A stretch of DNA of 64,000 nt. It comes from Macrostomum lignano (Eukaryota). The stretch covers positions 62,001-126,000 of the forward strand of contig NIVC01000700.1 in assembly GCA_002269645.1 (NCBI GenBank), in the 5' to 3' direction. Under the pieces are notes generated by a model, which searched no databases, was not told where the DNA came from, and saw only the letters and a list, made by a program, of their open reading frames with translations. The first letter of the stretch is position 1; each line of letters opens with the position of its first letter. A program made the position numbers and the translations under genes. Shown here in pieces: positions 61,095 to 64,000 of the stretch.

Positions 61095-62809
61095 TTGTTG
61101 GTGCGAGGCTGGGCAGCGGACTGACTGACTGACATGTGGGTTGGTTGCTGGACAAGAATCCTTGCTTTTGTTACAACGCGTATTAACAGAAATTTATAAC
61201 AAAAATTTAGCAACAAAATTGTATCAGAATTTTTTGCACTACAAAATCGATCGACGTTAAATCCTATACATTACAGCACGCTGTTTAAGATTATTACAGA
61301 CATAAGATTGATACTTAAGAAAACAAAAATATCGAAGGATGCTACACTGAAAGCCCGTTTTTAGCTGTAGAGAATGGATTAGTAAGTTTTGGGCTTATTA
61401 AAACGAATATATACTTTCGAATAGCAAATTTAGGTGAAATTGCTCTTGAGTTTATGCTAAGTAAATGGATTATGTCTATGGTTAACCTCCATTTTGCGCT
61501 ATGCAAAAAGGCTGAAAAGTTGCTGAGAGTAGCTTCCTTCCCACTGTAGTCGTCCTGTGATGCCCTTTATTATTCCTGTTTCGGGGGAACAATATACATA
61601 GATTAGTATGGTATTCTCTTTTCAAGTTGATAGGAAATTCACGCTTGTCCAGGACTTTTGTACCAGGTAACGAGTGGTCACAAATTGTTTAATGAAGAGG
61701 CATCTGAGCTCCTATCAGAGGTTATCCATCACATGCATTAATTTAAAAGCTCCTAGCCCTAGGATTAAGTTGAGTGGATAATACTATAGCGAATTTGCAT
61801 TCAATTTCTACAAGATCGCACCAACTTCCCCTGAATTTACTATATAAGCTGATTTTTCCTATCAGAAACTCATTTTTCACTGTTACTCAAGTCTAGCTCT
61901 TATTTAACTTGTGCGACAGAGAACTTGTGTGAGCAAGTGTCGTTAGCAACTCTTAACCTATGCTTGGATGCGGATGTGGAAGTCCGCATTTCATTAATTG
62001 ATTTTCCTAACTCTAACCAGTACTCAGCAGTACTGCTACTGACTATTATCTTTCCCTTTGAGCAAATCCAGTTACATACTCAATCAGCAATGCTTCTATG
62101 CTATTCTAGTTTTTTATTTGTACTTAGCTCTTTAACTCACATTTTCATTAAGTTTTTTTTTTGATGGTTTCACGCGAATTCGTTTTACTTGACTAGTCTT
62201 GCAGCCTTAGACAAGCTTTTATTATTATCTATGCATGATTCAACTACTCAATTAGTAGTGCAATTAGTGCTTAGCTTTTTCGCGCAGCGCTTCTTCCAGT
62301 CTACGGTATTCGGAAAAGCTAAAAAATGACTCTATTTATTGCTGCATAGGAGGAATTACCAAAGCCAATTAGCTGTCCAGAAAATTATATGGTATCAAGT
62401 TAACTGGAGACTATTTAAAGCGACTCCGATCAAACTTGGCAATTGAGTCGAAATTTTCTGCTGTTGTAGTTCTGTATTTAAATCTCTTCAAAATGTTCAA
62501 GAACGACTACTTCGAGTAGAGAGTGCGACGTTTTACTAACAGATTGCAGGAGACAACGAGGCAGCATGTTCATCAAGTAAAACCGATTTAAGCGACTATT
62601 AACGCTACTTATAAGACAGTTAGAAGTGAACTTGTGTTTTCACATGCAGGACAGCCACACTCTAGGTTACGCAATATACTAGCGGGCACGCAATATCGCA
62701 CAATATGTGACTGGATGCTGGTGCAGACTGTTAAAAATTGACACTACGCTCGTACAAGTGCCAAAAAACTCGTCAGACTTCACTTTGCACTCAGATATTG
62801 AGACATAAA

Positions 62810-63313
62810 CCCCCACTGAGACACCAACCCCTACTGAATCTCCAACCCTCACTGAAACACCAACCCAATGAAACACCAACCCCTACTGAATCACCAACCC
62901 CCACTGAAACACCAACCCAATGAAACACCAACCCCTACTGAATCACCAACCCCCACTGAAACACCAACCCAATGAAACACCAACCCCTACTGAATCACCA
63001 ACCCCCACTGAAACACCAACCCAATGAAACACCAACCCCTACTGAATCACCAACCCCCACTGAAACACCAACCCAATGAAACACCAACCCCTACTGAATC
63101 ACCAACCCCCACTGAAACACAAACCCCTACTGAAACACCAACCTCTACTGAAACACCAAACCCTACTGAAACACCAACCCCCACTGAGACACCAACCCCA
63201 CTGAGACACCAACCCCCACTGAAACACCAACCCCCACTGAGACACCAACCCCTACTGAAACACCAACCCCTACTGAAACACCAACCCCTACTGAAACACC
63301 AACCCCTACTGAG
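62810..63313. repeat. 18-bp / 52-bp higher-order tandem repeat (CTACTGAAACACCAACCC)
   Basis: Direct reading. Lies just downstream of the DEG/ENaC stop codon. Confidence 0.9.
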
Positions 63314-63381
63314 ACAGCAGCAAGACTTATTTCGAAAGAGCCCACAGTGGCTGATCTGGCTAACTGGCCCTCAGTACACTC

Positions 63382-64000
63382 TCAGACAGCCACAGCCGAT
63401 GTCGGCTCTCGACCTTCATCGGCCGCAGCCGAATCCTGGCCGTTCCGTCGCTTGCATTTCTTTGTGGCGCAGAGCAGGCGGCCCTCCAGCAGCATGTAGA
63501 ACAGGTCGAGCAATTCGCACAAGGTGAGCAGGCTGCAGCCGATGTAGAGGCCCAACAGGCCGCCCGTGTCAGCAAGAAAAGCAGTCCAAGAGTACGAGGC
63601 CGACAGCACAACTAGAGGTGACCGGGCGGAGGAGCCCCAGACGCTCACCCGCAGATGTGACTCGGCCACGTAGGAGCGAAACAAACTCTCCAGGTGAGCC
63701 GAGTGACCGCCCGGTTGCAGCAGCTGGCGGGCCATCCGAGTGAGCCGCCATCGGGCTGGCGCCTCCGCCTCCGAGACTGCCTGATGCTCCTTGGCGAAGT
63801 AACCAATTGTGGAGCTGCCAACGCCAGGCCAGCGGCCGAACGAGAACACGGCCCGGTAGGAACGGGAATGGCAGGGGATTCGTTTGGAGCAGCTGGCGCT
63901 GGCCTGCTTATCAATCTGGGTGGTCTCCTCCAGACTGGCCGAGCGAAGTCTGGTCAGCACCGCGCTGGACGCCTCGGACAGGTTGAGGCACCTCGGCCAG
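63382..64000 (-). CDS. DEG/ENaC (ASIC/degenerin) family channel, C-terminal part (partial, runs off the window)
   Basis: The frame is open to the window edge. It shows PCHSRSY...SFGRWP, then YSWTAFLADTGGLLGLYIGCSLLTLCELLD, matching the pre-TM2/TM2 signature (DxGG.LGLF.GxS). Confidence 0.85.
   Translation of the reverse strand, partial: WPRCLNLSEASSAVLTRLRSASLEETTQIDKQASASCSKRIPCHSRSYRAVFSFGRWPGVGSSTIGYFAKEHQAVSEAEAPARWRLTRMARQLLQPGGHSAHLESLFRSYVAESHLRVSVWGSSARSPLVVLSASYSWTAFLADTGGLLGLYIGCSLLTLCELLDLFYMLLEGRLLCATKKCKRRNGQDSAAADEGREPTSAVAV

Noticed and set aside
63024-63527. Mucin-like TETPTP ORF
   Set aside because: It derives from an 18-bp repeat, has no signal peptide and overlaps the channel gene antisense.

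Overview
Eukaryotic (animal) genomic DNA with spliceosomal introns, probably from a free-living flatworm. That taxon is inferred from a Platyhelminthes-like paramyosin and cannot be verified here. Six protein-coding genes can be rebuilt with GT-AG junctions and consistent phases: a neuregulin/vein-like Ig-EGF-TM ligand (minus, 14579-4762), a CDP-alcohol phosphatidyltransferase-family gene (plus, 18964-21107), an SLC38A10-like transporter (minus, 31979-22261), an NCoR/SMRT co-repressor with a 1-nt frameshift (minus, 39264-33721), paramyosin (plus, 56040-61094) and the 3' end of a DEG/ENaC channel (minus, at the window edge). Introns and intergenic DNA hold many unrelated mini- and microsatellites, two tRNA-derived SINE families and nested non-autonomous DNA transposons. 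The most unusual observation is a TIR transposon family (14-bp TIR, 8-bp TSD; 284-bp and 3.4-kb copies) carrying a copy of the 28S rDNA R2/I-PpoI target region. Its flanks are conserved at fixed spacing while the cleavage site itself is altered differently in each copy. The second is apparent combinatorial, mutually exclusive splicing of the EGF C-loop and transmembrane exons in the neuregulin-like gene.
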